DNA of 64,000 bases from an uncultured Candidatus Saccharibacteria bacterium. Its GTDB lineage: Bacteria > Patescibacteriota > Minisyncoccia > Phycocordibacterales > PALSA-1337. The stretch lies in NCBI GenBank assembly GCA_964416985.1, contig CAYQFS010000001.1:153365-217364 (forward strand), in the 5' to 3' direction. Under the pieces are notes generated by a model. It saw nothing but the letters and a program-made list of their open reading frames with translations. It was not told the origin of the DNA and ran no database searches. Shown here piece by piece: positions 49,403-58,990 of this stretch. A program made the position numbers and the translations under genes. How positions within the stretch are numbered: position 1 is the stretch's first letter; every line of letters begins with the position of its first letter.

Positions 49403-50479
49403 CTATGATTCGAGCGAAAGGTTCCCTCGGGCTTTGATGCCTGAGGGGCCTTTTGTTTTGGAGGCAGGGTTTGTAGCAGTAAGAGCACCAGCCAGAGCGA
49501 TCATGAGAGCATTGTCACCAGAAAGGCCAGAAACAGGAAGGTAGAGAGGAATGGTAAAGTGGGAAGCGAGCTTTTCAAACGCTTCGCGAATATGCTTGTT
49601 TGCAATGACACCTCCTCCGATGACGAGCGTCCCATATTCTGCAGCTTCGAGAGCTTCTTTTGTTTTTGAAATAATGACTTCAGTCACAGCGTCTTCGAAC
49701 TCTCGTGAGATTTCTTTTTTAATTTCGTCGGTAATTACGGGAGTGTTTTGGAGAAGATAGAGCACAGCAGTTTTTAACCCTGCAAAGGAAAAATTGAGAT
49801 CTTTCGAATGGATCATGGGCCTTGGGAGGGTAATAGTTTTGGGAAGGTTTTCATTTCGGGTCTGTTCTGCAAGGACCGAAATTTGAGGTCCTCCAGGATA
49901 TGAAAAACCAAGCATTCTAGCTACCTTGTCAAAGGCCTCTCCGACAGCGTCATCCCGTGTCCTTCCAATGACTTTATACGCTCCCAGGGCCTGTATATCG
50001 ACGATTTCGGTGTGTCCACCACTGAGGAGGACCGCAAGGGCTGGCAGGGCAAATGGCTTCAATTTTCTGAATTCCAGGTGAGGTTTTGAGTCAGAAAGAA
50101 GGGTTGAGACAATATGTCCTTCCATGTGATTTATGGGAAAAAGGGGAATGCCATGAAGTTTTTTTAATTCTTCCGCAAACGCAATTCCTGTCCACAGGGC
50201 TGGCTCGAGTCCAGGTCCTTCAGTGACAGCGATTGCTTCAATTTCTTTTTCAGTAATTCCTGCCTCTTTTTTAATTTGTTCAAAAAGAATCGGTAGGTTT
50301 TTGATGTGTTCTCGTTTTGCAAGAGCAGGGTAGATGCCACCGTATTCTTTGTGAAGTTCGATTTGGGAATGGACAATATTTCCTCTTATTTTGTATTCGA
50401 AATTCTCACCATGCCCTTTTACCTCAAGGATGCACAGCGCCGTTTCGTCACAGCTCGTTTCGATGCCAAGAATGACCAT
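49403..50479 (-). CDS. tsaD: tRNA N6-adenosine threonylcarbamoyltransferase TsaD
   Basis: 'ILGIETSCDETALCI', 'HMEGH' and Kae1/TsaD architecture. The ORF-track N-terminal 20 aa overlap tRNA-Val and are discarded. Confidence 0.9.
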   Translation of the reverse strand: MVILGIETSCDETALCILEVKGHGENFEYKIRGNIVHSQIELHKEYGGIYPALAKREHIKNLPILFEQIKKEAGITEKEIEAIAVTEGPGLEPALWTGIAFAEELKKLHGIPLFPINHMEGHIVSTLLSDSKPHLEFRKLKPFALPALAVLLSGGHTEIVDIQALGAYKVIGRTRDDAVGEAFDKVARMLGFSYPGGPQISVLAEQTRNENLPKTITLPRPMIHSKDLNFSFAGLKTAVLYLLQNTPVITDEIKKEISREFEDAVTEVIISKTKEALEAAEYGTLVIGGGVIANKHIREAFEKLASHFTIPLYLPVSGLSGDNALMIALAGALTATNPASKTKGPSGIKARGNLSLES

Positions 50480-50554
50480 GGTGCGCGATACAGGATTCGA
50501 ACCTGTGACCCTCCCCACGTCAAGGGGATGCTCTACCAACTGAGCTAACCGCGC
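50479..50554 (-). tRNA. tRNA-Val (anticodon GAC)
   Basis: Minus strand: acceptor GCGCGGT/ATCGCGC, D-arm TAGCTCAGTTGGTAGAGC, loop CTTGACG, T-arm ACAGG-TTCGAAT-CCTGT, followed by ACCA. Confidence 0.9.
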
Positions 50555-50578
50555 ATGTTTTTTACTATACCAGATTTT

Positions 50579-51211
50579 TTAAAAAAGAACACCAATGAGG
50601 ATAATTGCTCCGAGAGCAGCAATGATTGCCCCAAACCACTTGTTGATACTATGAAGATATTCATGCTTGATCTTGTGGCCAAAGACGTCCGCAATATGAG
50701 TGAGCATGAGCCACCAGATGCATGACCCAATGAACACTCCGATGACGAGACTTGTACCGATGAACTCCCCTCCACCAATTCCGATCTTTGGTCCGATTCC
50801 TGCAAATGCTACGAAGAACGTAATGGCAGAAAGGGGATTTGTTCCAGTAAGGATGACCGCTGAAAAGAAGTGCTCAATGATGGTGATAGCTGTATCTTTT
50901 TTCTGTTCCTTTTCCTTTGGTTTTGAGTAGAAGCCGATGATTCCAAGTACAAGAAGAATTCCTCCACCCACGAGGCGAAGCGTGACTTGTTGGTCCACTA
51001 TGAAATCCGAAATGACGGTGATTCCAAATGCTCCGACTGATGCTAGGAATGCATCGGTAAGTGCCGCTCCGAGTCCTGTAACGAGCCCAATCATGCGGTT
51101 TCTCGCCATTGTCCTTTGGACGCAAATGATTCCTACTGGGCCAATTGGAACTGCTGTTGCAAAACCAATGACCATTCCCCAAAAGAGTGCTATGAATTGA
51201 TGGAAGAGCAT
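50579..51211 (-). CDS. LysE/RhtB-family amino-acid exporter
   Basis: 'VPIGPVGIICVQRTMARNRMIGLVTGLGAALTD' LysE motif. 6 TM helices. Confidence 0.75.
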   Translation of the reverse strand: MLFHQFIALFWGMVIGFATAVPIGPVGIICVQRTMARNRMIGLVTGLGAALTDAFLASVGAFGITVISDFIVDQQVTLRLVGGGILLVLGIIGFYSKPKEKEQKKDTAITIIEHFFSAVILTGTNPLSAITFFVAFAGIGPKIGIGGGEFIGTSLVIGVFIGSCIWWLMLTHIADVFGHKIKHEYLHSINKWFGAIIAALGAIILIGVLF

Positions 51212-51247
51212 GGGTGGAAAATATTGTACCTATTATATCATTTAACT

Positions 51248-51334
51248 GCGGAAAGGGAGGGATTTGAACCCTCGAGGCCATTTCTGGCCTGCCGCTTTTC
51301 GAGAGCGGTGATTTCAACCACTCACCCACCTTTC
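51248..51334 (-). tRNA. tRNA-Ser (anticodon CGA), class II
   Basis: Minus strand: acceptor GGAAAGG/CCTTTCC, anticodon stem CCGCT/AGCGG with loop CTCGAAA, long variable arm GGCC..GGCC, T-arm GAGGG-TTCAAAT-CCCTC. Confidence 0.85.
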
Positions 51335-51392
51335 CGTATTCTTATAACCTATCATTTTTTGCCATTTTTTGAAAATATGGTAGATTAGTTAA

Positions 51393-51464
51393 GCCGAATA
51401 TGGCCCTATCGTCTAACGGCTAGGACAACGGGTTTTCAATCCGTTAACCAGGGTTCGATTCCCT
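51393..51464 (+). tRNA. tRNA-Glu (anticodon UUC)
   Basis: Acceptor GGCCCTA/TAGGGTC, D-arm GTCT-AACGGCTA-GGAC, anticodon stem ACGGG/TCCGT with loop TTTTCAA, T-arm CAGGG-TTCGATT-CCCTG. Confidence 0.8.
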
Positions 51465-52000
51465 GTAGGGTCACACCAAATTCAACATCCCGCGCGAGAA
51501 TGCATTTTTGATGTGACCATGACTGAGATACGAACTATCTCACGAGACTAGGTTCACTCATCCCACATCTCGTTGTCTCGAATCTCGTCTCTCACATCTT
51601 GCAGAAGATCACATACTGCATCTAATTTTTGCTGAACAAGCCTGAGCTTGTCCACGGGTGAGAGAAGGTCTTCAAAGCGTGACTTTTTCATCTTTGGGAT
51701 TGTACTACTCCGCTCATGGGATCCTCACGAACATGCACCTGCGGCTGGTAATTGATGCATGTAAGGGAATGATATGTGAGAGAAGGAGAAGGGAGAAGAA
51801 TGGAACGTTTGCCGGGAGGGGCAAACCAACTACCAATATCTGTACATTCTTGAGGGATTGTGATATAAAACGATCAGAGTTCCTTTGTCAAACACCATGG
51901 TTTGCTCTGGCAGAATGAGCTTTTGCGAGCCTGTTCTGCTGGAGCATAACCTCGTTTGGTTTCTCGCTTAACAGCATTACAATGTTTACAGGAGTTAACC

Positions 52001-52786
52001 ATGATTATACTTAAGCGGTTTCATAAGAAAGTTGAGCAAGCCGAAGACTTTGTTGACGAGGCCGTCAAGTCAAACTGTACATATCCTCGTGAGTTTAGGG
52101 GATTGAGACCTGTGGAGGAGCAAATTCAAATTTTACTCCGTCATTTTCCACACCTCGACCCATCCCATGTGTTTCGATATTGGGGTAAGAAAAAGCGCAA
52201 CTTCAAGTTTCCTCAGTGGGTAGAAGGACCGCTCGTCGTTCCTACCCCAAGCGCGTTTGCGAGATCTTTCTTCCCAGCCCTCAAGAAGGATGTGCATCAG
52301 TATTGTTCCAGTGTGAACGTTGTTCTCCGGCAAATAGTGTTCCACCGTGAATTGTTAAATTTAGAAGAGGCGCATCTGATGCAAAACAAATTGCGCCAAT
52401 GTTTCCAGACGGTCCAGGCACTCAAGCAAATTGCGTCGCAACAACCAGGGGATCTGCAAATTCTAGGTGTTCAGTTGGGGATGCGACATCGAGGCTTATC
52501 GGCTCGTCGCGCTGTTAAAATGTTTCAAAAGAATGAAGTTGGTCTTCCTGTGTTGGCAGGAACTATCTGTGCCCTTACCCATCCGGAGCGCTTCGTTCGT
52601 AGTTCGGAACTTGATCTCAATATGCCAGGGGACGTATTTCCATTCGGGACCTTTCGATTTACTCGCGTACCAAGTTTGTATGTCAGTAAAAGTTATGAAG
52701 GTTCGCTCGTCTTTGGGAAAGAGGGGACATTCGATCAGGTGAATGCAGCTTTTGGTTCAGGATCGTTCTTCGTACCAAGTTCCTAG
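52001..52786 (+). CDS. hypothetical protein, GC-shifted
   Basis: ORF in a ~48% GC segment. The likely start is MIILKRFHKK. Confidence 0.45.
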   Translation: MIILKRFHKKVEQAEDFVDEAVKSNCTYPREFRGLRPVEEQIQILLRHFPHLDPSHVFRYWGKKKRNFKFPQWVEGPLVVPTPSAFARSFFPALKKDVHQYCSSVNVVLRQIVFHRELLNLEEAHLMQNKLRQCFQTVQALKQIASQQPGDLQILGVQLGMRHRGLSARRAVKMFQKNEVGLPVLAGTICALTHPERFVRSSELDLNMPGDVFPFGTFRFTRVPSLYVSKSYEGSLVFGKEGTFDQVNAAFGSGSFFVPSS

Positions 52787-53129
52787 CTCTCTATCGAAAT
52801 GACAAATTGGCTCTTCATCACAAAGCCTGTCCCTTTGGGCAGGCTTTTCCTTTTTACAGACACACAAACTTGCCTCTTCCGTTATGCCTCCACCGCTTCT
52901 TCGGAATCTCTTCTGTAGTATTCTTTTTCATAAAACAGGGAAGGGAAGATAGATCGGGCAAACGCTCTTGTGTATTCAGCTTGATTAAAACATTCAGAAT
53001 ACGTTCACAAGTTCGAGGTATGGCTCGCTGTGGGTCACAAAATAATTTAGTATCGCAAAAGTCTAATTTTATAAATAAAAAGGCCGACCACTATTCATGG
53101 CCGGCCTGAGCGGATTTCTCCACCACTGA

Positions 53130-53603
53130 TTAAAGGATGATGTCCGATCCATCCATCTCGGTACGCACCGCAGCATTTTGGATAGCGACGGCATCGTCGA
53201 GCGTAATGTCACCGATCACTTCGCCACAACCACTGCAACAGAGGTTGAACAATGTGACCTGAATCCCGAACTTTTCCCGCAGATGATGTTCGAGTTGCAA
53301 TCGTGCAGCAACGTCCCCGACGACGTCATGGACTTTTTCTGCCAGACCATCATTGTCGTCCGCATGCTCGACATAATAATTCCGATTCACACCGGCCTTT
53401 CGAGTGACAGTCTCATGGAAAGGATTCGTTACCTTGTCACGGAAATTAGCCGTGAGTTGCTCCAGGCGTTCCAAAACACCTGGAAATGTTTCATTAAGGC
53501 CAGCAATAAATCCTTGCGGGTGGCCCCAAACTTTCTTTGCACTGCTACAATTCATAACAATTTCTCCGTTTATTTTTTGGTGAACTAATGCCAAACCGTA
53601 CAA
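53130..53603 (-). CDS. hypothetical protein (CCSGCG motif), co-oriented with ParA/MinD-like ATPase
   Basis: 157-aa ORF. An overlapping plus-strand ORF is judged spurious. Confidence 0.4.
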   Translation of the reverse strand: MYGLALVHQKINGEIVMNCSSAKKVWGHPQGFIAGLNETFPGVLERLEQLTANFRDKVTNPFHETVTRKAGVNRNYYVEHADDNDGLAEKVHDVVGDVAARLQLEHHLREKFGIQVTLFNLCCSGCGEVIGDITLDDAVAIQNAAVRTEMDGSDIIL

Positions 53604-53657
53604 ATACGGTCAGCGTCTAATTTTGCCTCTCGGACAAAACTAGGTGCTAACAATATT

Positions 53658-54329
53658 TTAGTGGCTGTATGCAAGCACCGCCTCAATCGCTCGTGCAGTA
53701 TCTTTTTCAATACCATCGACTTTATTATCAATAACCAGATAAGGTATTTTCGCTAGCTCTAATTCACATCTAATCTGCTCTGCGACACGAGTACTATTTA
53801 CAGTCGCTTCTCTAACGATAACAGCGAGATCAACACCAGAAAGTATTCCTGTAGCTACCGGATCTGTACCAGCCCGTTCATCAATTATGACTATCTCATT
53901 CGGATTGAGTTTGAGAAGAGGAAGATAAACCTTTAAAGGAGCTGCGAGTGAGTGACTACATGATTCCTGAGACCGCACTTTATCCGTATGCGGACCTGCT
54001 GTTATAAGTCTGATTCTACCAACATCAACTGATACACGCTTTGTGTATTCATCTAGAGGATCAATTCCAAAATGAATACTGCGTTCGCGTGCAAATTTCA
54101 AAACATCATCATATTTACTGTTACGTGGTAGACCGACATGCTCTTTGATAAGTTGAGGATCACTGCCGAGAAAAACCGAGGGTTCAACCCCTAGGTTGTA
54201 GGTTAGGTCCATATTATGATCGGCATCAATCGCTAGTACTCTGATTCCTCGTTTGTTAAACTGCATCACAAAAGCCGTTGCCATTGTTGATTTTCCTGAT
54301 CCTCCTTTACCTAAAAATGCGATTCTCAT
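53658..54329 (-). CDS. ParA/MinD-superfamily P-loop ATPase (CooC-like)
   Basis: Deviant Walker A 'GKGGSGKST'. Size and switch motifs typical of CbiA/MinD-like ATPases. Confidence 0.7.
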   Translation of the reverse strand: MRIAFLGKGGSGKSTMATAFVMQFNKRGIRVLAIDADHNMDLTYNLGVEPSVFLGSDPQLIKEHVGLPRNSKYDDVLKFARERSIHFGIDPLDEYTKRVSVDVGRIRLITAGPHTDKVRSQESCSHSLAAPLKVYLPLLKLNPNEIVIIDERAGTDPVATGILSGVDLAVIVREATVNSTRVAEQIRCELELAKIPYLVIDNKVDGIEKDTARAIEAVLAYSH

Positions 54330-54411
54330 AGATGCAAGTGATTTACATTTACAAATATAGCCTACTCTGTAAATAATTGCAAATCATTAGCATTTGGGAT
54401 AATATTACCCC

Positions 54412-54828
54412 ATGACGCACGATATACTGCAAACACTCAAAAAGGCCAGATTGAAGACTACGCCAGCTAGGAAACTGATCCTCGATATTTTTTCTGCAGA
54501 TTGTAAACCTATCAATGCGGAATTTATTTACGACAAACTAAAGACAAAGAACATACATCAGGTCACGATCTACCGAACTTTAGCTTCGTTCGAACGAACG
54601 GGAGTCATTAAAAAAGTTGATCTCCGAAAGGGGTCAGTTCACTATGAACTTACGAGCCACCACCATCATCATGTTGTTTGTACAAATTGTGGCAAAACTG
54701 AAGGCTTTGAAATGTGTGATGTTGAAAAAATCTCTAAGGATGTTTTGAAAAAATCTCTATTGTTCGAAGTGGTCAACCAGCACTCTCTCGAATTGTTTGG
54801 CCTATGCAAATCTTGCTCCAAGAAGTAG
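54412..54828 (+). CDS. Fur-family metalloregulator (Zur/Fur-like)
   Basis: Winged helix 'TPARKLILDIF'. Metal sites 'HHHHVVCTNCGK' and C-terminal 'CKSC'. Confidence 0.85.
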   Translation: MTHDILQTLKKARLKTTPARKLILDIFSADCKPINAEFIYDKLKTKNIHQVTIYRTLASFERTGVIKKVDLRKGSVHYELTSHHHHHVVCTNCGKTEGFEMCDVEKISKDVLKKSLLFEVVNQHSLELFGLCKSCSKK

Positions 54829-54839
54829 AATTGAAACAC

Positions 54840-56009
54840 ATGTATACTACAAAGACCCTGTTATTTTTAATATGTGCAGTTTTTCTATTCCACACGACTC
54901 CTGTTTTTGCCCAAGGTGGTGAACTTGTGATGGACAAGGTTGAAACGGTGAAGGCAAGGGTCCTGGAGATACTTGATCAAGAAGTGAGAAACGTTTTTGG
55001 TACAGATGTTTCAAGTAATTATCAGACTATCAAAGTACAGATTCTTCAGGGGCCTAAAAAAGATACAATCGTCACTGTTACGAATGATTATCTGAATCTC
55101 AAGAAAGGAGAGGTATTTTATTTGATACATACAACAAACAGTCTTGATGGTCGAGATGCCTATTCTGTGTCTGAACCTTATAGATTGCCAGTTGTCCTAT
55201 TCTTTGTTGCTTTATTTATACTTCTGGTTTTTTTGTTTGGAGGTTTGCAGGGAATGAGAGGCTTGCTCAGCCTTGCTGGTAGCTTGATACTCATTCTGTA
55301 TGTTCTTATCCCTGGCGTTTTATATGGATATTCGCCAGTATTTGTCAGCCTTGGAGTTGCGTCGCTTATTATTATCCTGGGGTCGTATATAACGCACGGA
55401 TTTAATAAAACAACGACATCGGCTGTAATTGGGATGATTGTGACTATTTTAGTAACAGGAGTTCTGGCTTATGTTGCAGTTCACTGGTCACAATTGAGCG
55501 GCTTTAGCGACGAGACAGCCGTATACCTCAATTTAAACACCCGAGGCTCAATAGATTTTGTTGGCCTACTTCTTGGGGGTATGCTCATAGGTCTTCTTGG
55601 GGTTTTGTATGATGTTGCGATTGGTCAGGCAATTTCTGTAGAGGAGCTTCATAATATTGCACCTCATATCTCACGAGGCACTATTTACAAACGAGCAATA
55701 CGTATCGGCCGAGAACATATTGGAGCCTTAGTGAATACTCTAGCTATCGCATATGTAGGTGTTTCTTTGCCGCTCCTGCTTTTGTATTCGCAATCAAGCA
55801 CTGAATCTATTGGCTTAACCCTCAACAGGGAGTTATTTGCTACAGAGATAATCAGGACCATGATTGGTAGTATTGGTCTTGTGCTAGCTGTCCCGATTAC
55901 TACTTTTATTTCTGTCTGGTTCCTTATGAGGATTAAGAAGAATGGTGTTTCGGCCGAGAAGATAGAAAATGAAAGGGAGGCACTCGAGCATTTTGAGCAT
56001 CATCATTAA
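54840..56009 (+). CDS. YibE/F-family membrane protein
   Basis: N-terminal signal/TM, soluble domain, then 7 TM helices typical of YibE/F. His-rich C-terminus. Confidence 0.6.
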   Translation: MYTTKTLLFLICAVFLFHTTPVFAQGGELVMDKVETVKARVLEILDQEVRNVFGTDVSSNYQTIKVQILQGPKKDTIVTVTNDYLNLKKGEVFYLIHTTNSLDGRDAYSVSEPYRLPVVLFFVALFILLVFLFGGLQGMRGLLSLAGSLILILYVLIPGVLYGYSPVFVSLGVASLIIILGSYITHGFNKTTTSAVIGMIVTILVTGVLAYVAVHWSQLSGFSDETAVYLNLNTRGSIDFVGLLLGGMLIGLLGVLYDVAIGQAISVEELHNIAPHISRGTIYKRAIRIGREHIGALVNTLAIAYVGVSLPLLLLYSQSSTESIGLTLNRELFATEIIRTMIGSIGLVLAVPITTFISVWFLMRIKKNGVSAEKIENEREALEHFEHHH

Positions 56010-56071
56010 GCTCATTTCCTGAAATAAAGAAATTCTAAATTTTTGGGTCGTAAAAACACCCCTTTTCTTAC

Positions 56072-56671
56072 ATGTTTCTTGATCATCTCTGTGCCATACT
56101 TCTCCGGGTGATTAAAAAGATTTTTTCTGATTCAAAAATTTTTAACAAAATAGGTATTGGGATCCTTCTCGGTTTCGCCCTTTTTCTTTTTATTCCTCAT
56201 AGTCAAAAGAGTTCGGAGGTAAAAGGAAAATATGCCGAGCTCGTTAAAGATGGAGTTTTGTATCATGTTGACCATGCTCTGGACGGAGACACATTTGTTG
56301 CAAATATTTCGGGACACGATGTGACAGTGAGGCTCATTGGAATGGACACTCCGGAAGTCGTGGATCCGCGAAAGCCAGTGCAGTGTTTTGGACCTGAGGC
56401 ATCGGCAAAAGGAAAAGAATTGTTGAATGGAAAGGAAGTGTATATTGAAAAAGAAAAAGCAAAAGGGGATTACGATATCTATGGACGTGTACTTGCCTAT
56501 GCGAGATTTTCGGATGGAATTCTTTATAATCAATTTATGATTGAGGAAGGATTTGCCAAAGAGTATACGTTTAATAAGGAAAAATATAAATATCAGGAAG
56601 AATTCAAAGAGGCTCAGAAAAAAGCGCAAAAAGAAAAGAAGGGGTTGTGGGGAGGTTGCCCCAAAAAGTGA
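56072..56671 (+). CDS. thermonuclease (staphylococcal-nuclease fold), membrane-anchored
   Basis: 'DGDTFVANISGHDVTVRLIGMDTPE' and 'YGRVLAY' SNase catalytic motifs. Confidence 0.85.
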   Translation: MFLDHLCAILLRVIKKIFSDSKIFNKIGIGILLGFALFLFIPHSQKSSEVKGKYAELVKDGVLYHVDHALDGDTFVANISGHDVTVRLIGMDTPEVVDPRKPVQCFGPEASAKGKELLNGKEVYIEKEKAKGDYDIYGRVLAYARFSDGILYNQFMIEEGFAKEYTFNKEKYKYQEEFKEAQKKAQKEKKGLWGGCPKK

Positions 56672-56687
56672 CTAGTCTTTGGTCAGA

Positions 56688-57611
56688 TTACTTCGCCTTG
56701 AGAAAGAGATATATATCCTCGAGAGCTTTGACCGCGTCTCCTGCTGCAATATTGTTTTGGTGATAGAGCCCATCTGTGCAGTCTCCCGCAGCCCAGATTC
56801 CTGTCGTGGATGTCCGCTGGTTACGAGGGTCAACGATAATATGGTTATAACCGTCGAGCTTTACGATATCCTTAACAAAATAGGTCGTAGGAAGAGAACC
56901 AATTTCAACAAAAATTCCAGTCGCAGAAAGTTCGACATTTTTACCAGTTTTTGCATCAGTGTAAACAAAGCCCGTTACAAATTTTTCGCCCTTAACTTCT
57001 TTTGAAATGGCGTTTTGTATGATCTTGAAATGAGGGTTTTGGGAAACAACGTCGACTGTAACCGGATCAGCACGGAACGTTTCACTGCGGTTTATGAGCG
57101 TTACACTTTTACAATACGCCAAAAGTTGGGCAGCAGACTCGAACGCAGCATTTCCACCTCCAACAACGATGACGTCTTGATCTGCAAAAAGGGGACCATC
57201 GCACGAAGCACAGTATGTGAGGCCTTTGTGTTCAAATTTATCAGCACCAGGGACTTCGAGTTTACGACGGAAGCTTCCGGAGGCAACGAGGACAGTTCGG
57301 GCAGTATACGAGCTTTTTGAAGTAGTTATTTTGAACCCACCTTCTATTTTCTCGATGTTGCTGCAAGGCTCTTTTTCGTGAATATCGACGATGTCTTTTG
57401 CGTATGCTTTGAGATGATTCTCGAGACTCTTTGTAAAATCGCTTCCCTTTATTTTGATTGTTCCAATCCAGTTTTCTATTCCTTCAGAAACAGCGCTCTG
57501 GGTTTCCCAGTCTTTTGTAATGAAAATAGTTTTTAGTTCCTTTCGGGCGGCATATACTCCCGCAGCAACACCTGCTGGTCCTCCACCGATAATTGCAAGA
57601 TCGTAGTTCAT
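56688..57611 (-). CDS. trxB: thioredoxin-disulfide reductase
   Basis: 'DLAIIGGGPAG', redox 'CASCDG', 'GGGNAAFE', 'AAGDC'. The upstream 37 codons of the ORF track are discarded. Confidence 0.9.
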   Translation of the reverse strand: MNYDLAIIGGGPAGVAAGVYAARKELKTIFITKDWETQSAVSEGIENWIGTIKIKGSDFTKSLENHLKAYAKDIVDIHEKEPCSNIEKIEGGFKITTSKSSYTARTVLVASGSFRRKLEVPGADKFEHKGLTYCASCDGPLFADQDVIVVGGGNAAFESAAQLLAYCKSVTLINRSETFRADPVTVDVVSQNPHFKIIQNAISKEVKGEKFVTGFVYTDAKTGKNVELSATGIFVEIGSLPTTYFVKDIVKLDGYNHIIVDPRNQRTSTTGIWAAGDCTDGLYHQNNIAAGDAVKALEDIYLFLKAK

Positions 57612-57669
57612 GGTTTGGATATTATAGCATATTAGAAAACTCGCATATCTGCTATGCGAGTTTCTTTGA

Positions 57670-58884
57670 TTACTTGAGTTTTGATCGTCGAAGGAATGCC
57701 GGTACCGCTCCCCAATCATCATCGTCGTCTATCTTCGGTGCAGCTTCTTTCTTTTCTTCAATAATAGGCGCCGTCTTCTCTTTTATATCCTTCATTGGAA
57801 GAACAGAGCTCATTGAATTAAAAATTCTTCCTTTTTCTTTCTTGTCTTCACGTTTTTCGTCACGGGCTGGAGCCTCATTCTGCTGTGCAAATGTCTGCTT
57901 CTGGCCTGTTGCAAGAGCGGCTGGAGAGCCTTCAGGGAAACCTGCGGCAATGACTGTTACTTTGACCTCATTTTTCTTGAGTTTGTCGTCACGGACTGTT
58001 CCGAAGATTACTTTTGCTTGAGGGTCGATAGATTCGGTAATGACCTTTGCAGCATCCTGGATTTCGAACATTGTGAGGTCTTCTCCTCCAGCGATTGAGA
58101 AGAGAACTCCCTTTGCTCCGGTTATCGAAACATCGAGAAGTGGGGAATTGATGGCGAGTTTTGCTGCCTCTATCGCACGATTTTCACCAGTTGCTGTTCC
58201 GATTCCCATGAGGGCTGACCCGGCATTTTCCATAACAGTTCGAATGTCAGCAAAGTCGATGTTAATGATTCCGGGAGTCGTAATTAAATCGGAAATTCCC
58301 TCGACTGCCTGGCGAAGAATTTCGTCACAAATTGCAAAAGCATTTTTGACAGTCGTATTTTTATCAATAGTCGAAAGAAGGCGGTCATTTGGGATGACGA
58401 TGATTGCGTCAACCTCTTTTCGAAGTTCCTCAAGAGCTGTTTCTGCAACTTTTGATCTCTGCTGTCCTTCAAAGAAGAATGGCTTTGTAACAACGGCCAC
58501 AGTGAGAGCACCGAGCTCCTTTGAAGTTCGGGCGACAACAGGACTTGCTCCGCTTCCAGTTCCTCCTCCGAGTCCTCCTGCCACAAAGACCATATCAGCG
58601 CCCTTGAGTGCTTCCTGCACGTCCTCTTTTGTTTCCTCGACTGCGCGTCGACCCATTTCAGGATTCATTCCGGTTCCCAAACCTCGAGTCAGATTTTTAC
58701 CAATATGAATGCGCTTTTTTGCGAGAGAGTGATGAAGTTCCTGCGAGTCAGTATTTATTGTAATAAAATCAACACCTCTGACTTTTGAATTGATCATGTG
58801 GTTGACTGCATTTTTTCCTGAACCTCCGACTCCGACGACTTTAATTCTGGCGAAAGCTTCAATATCTGGCGTGATGTTTGGCAT
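57670..58884 (-). CDS. ftsZ: cell division GTPase FtsZ
   Basis: 'GGGTGSGASPVVA' tubulin signature. Acidic, Lys-rich C-terminal tail. Confidence 0.97.
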   Translation of the reverse strand: MPNITPDIEAFARIKVVGVGGSGKNAVNHMINSKVRGVDFITINTDSQELHHSLAKKRIHIGKNLTRGLGTGMNPEMGRRAVEETKEDVQEALKGADMVFVAGGLGGGTGSGASPVVARTSKELGALTVAVVTKPFFFEGQQRSKVAETALEELRKEVDAIIVIPNDRLLSTIDKNTTVKNAFAICDEILRQAVEGISDLITTPGIINIDFADIRTVMENAGSALMGIGTATGENRAIEAAKLAINSPLLDVSITGAKGVLFSIAGGEDLTMFEIQDAAKVITESIDPQAKVIFGTVRDDKLKKNEVKVTVIAAGFPEGSPAALATGQKQTFAQQNEAPARDEKREDKKEKGRIFNSMSSVLPMKDIKEKTAPIIEEKKEAAPKIDDDDDWGAVPAFLRRSKLK

Positions 58885-58990
58885 AAATAAGGATTAAAGG
58901 ATGTGGTTACATGATACCACCTGAGAAATGCCCCGCAACTAGACAAAATCAAGAATAAATCTCTTGCTAAGGCCTGATTTTAACCTTTCC

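Noticed and set aside
50480-50539. N-terminal 20 codons of the tsaD ORF as given in the track
   Set aside because: They overlap tRNA-Val on the same strand. The conserved TsaD N-terminus begins at the internal Met (MVILGIETS).
53178-53588. 136-aa plus-strand ORF
   Set aside because: It is fully embedded antisense in the 157-aa minus-strand ORF, which is co-oriented with the ParA-like gene. Only one can be real, the call is low-confidence either way, and the operon-consistent strand was preferred.
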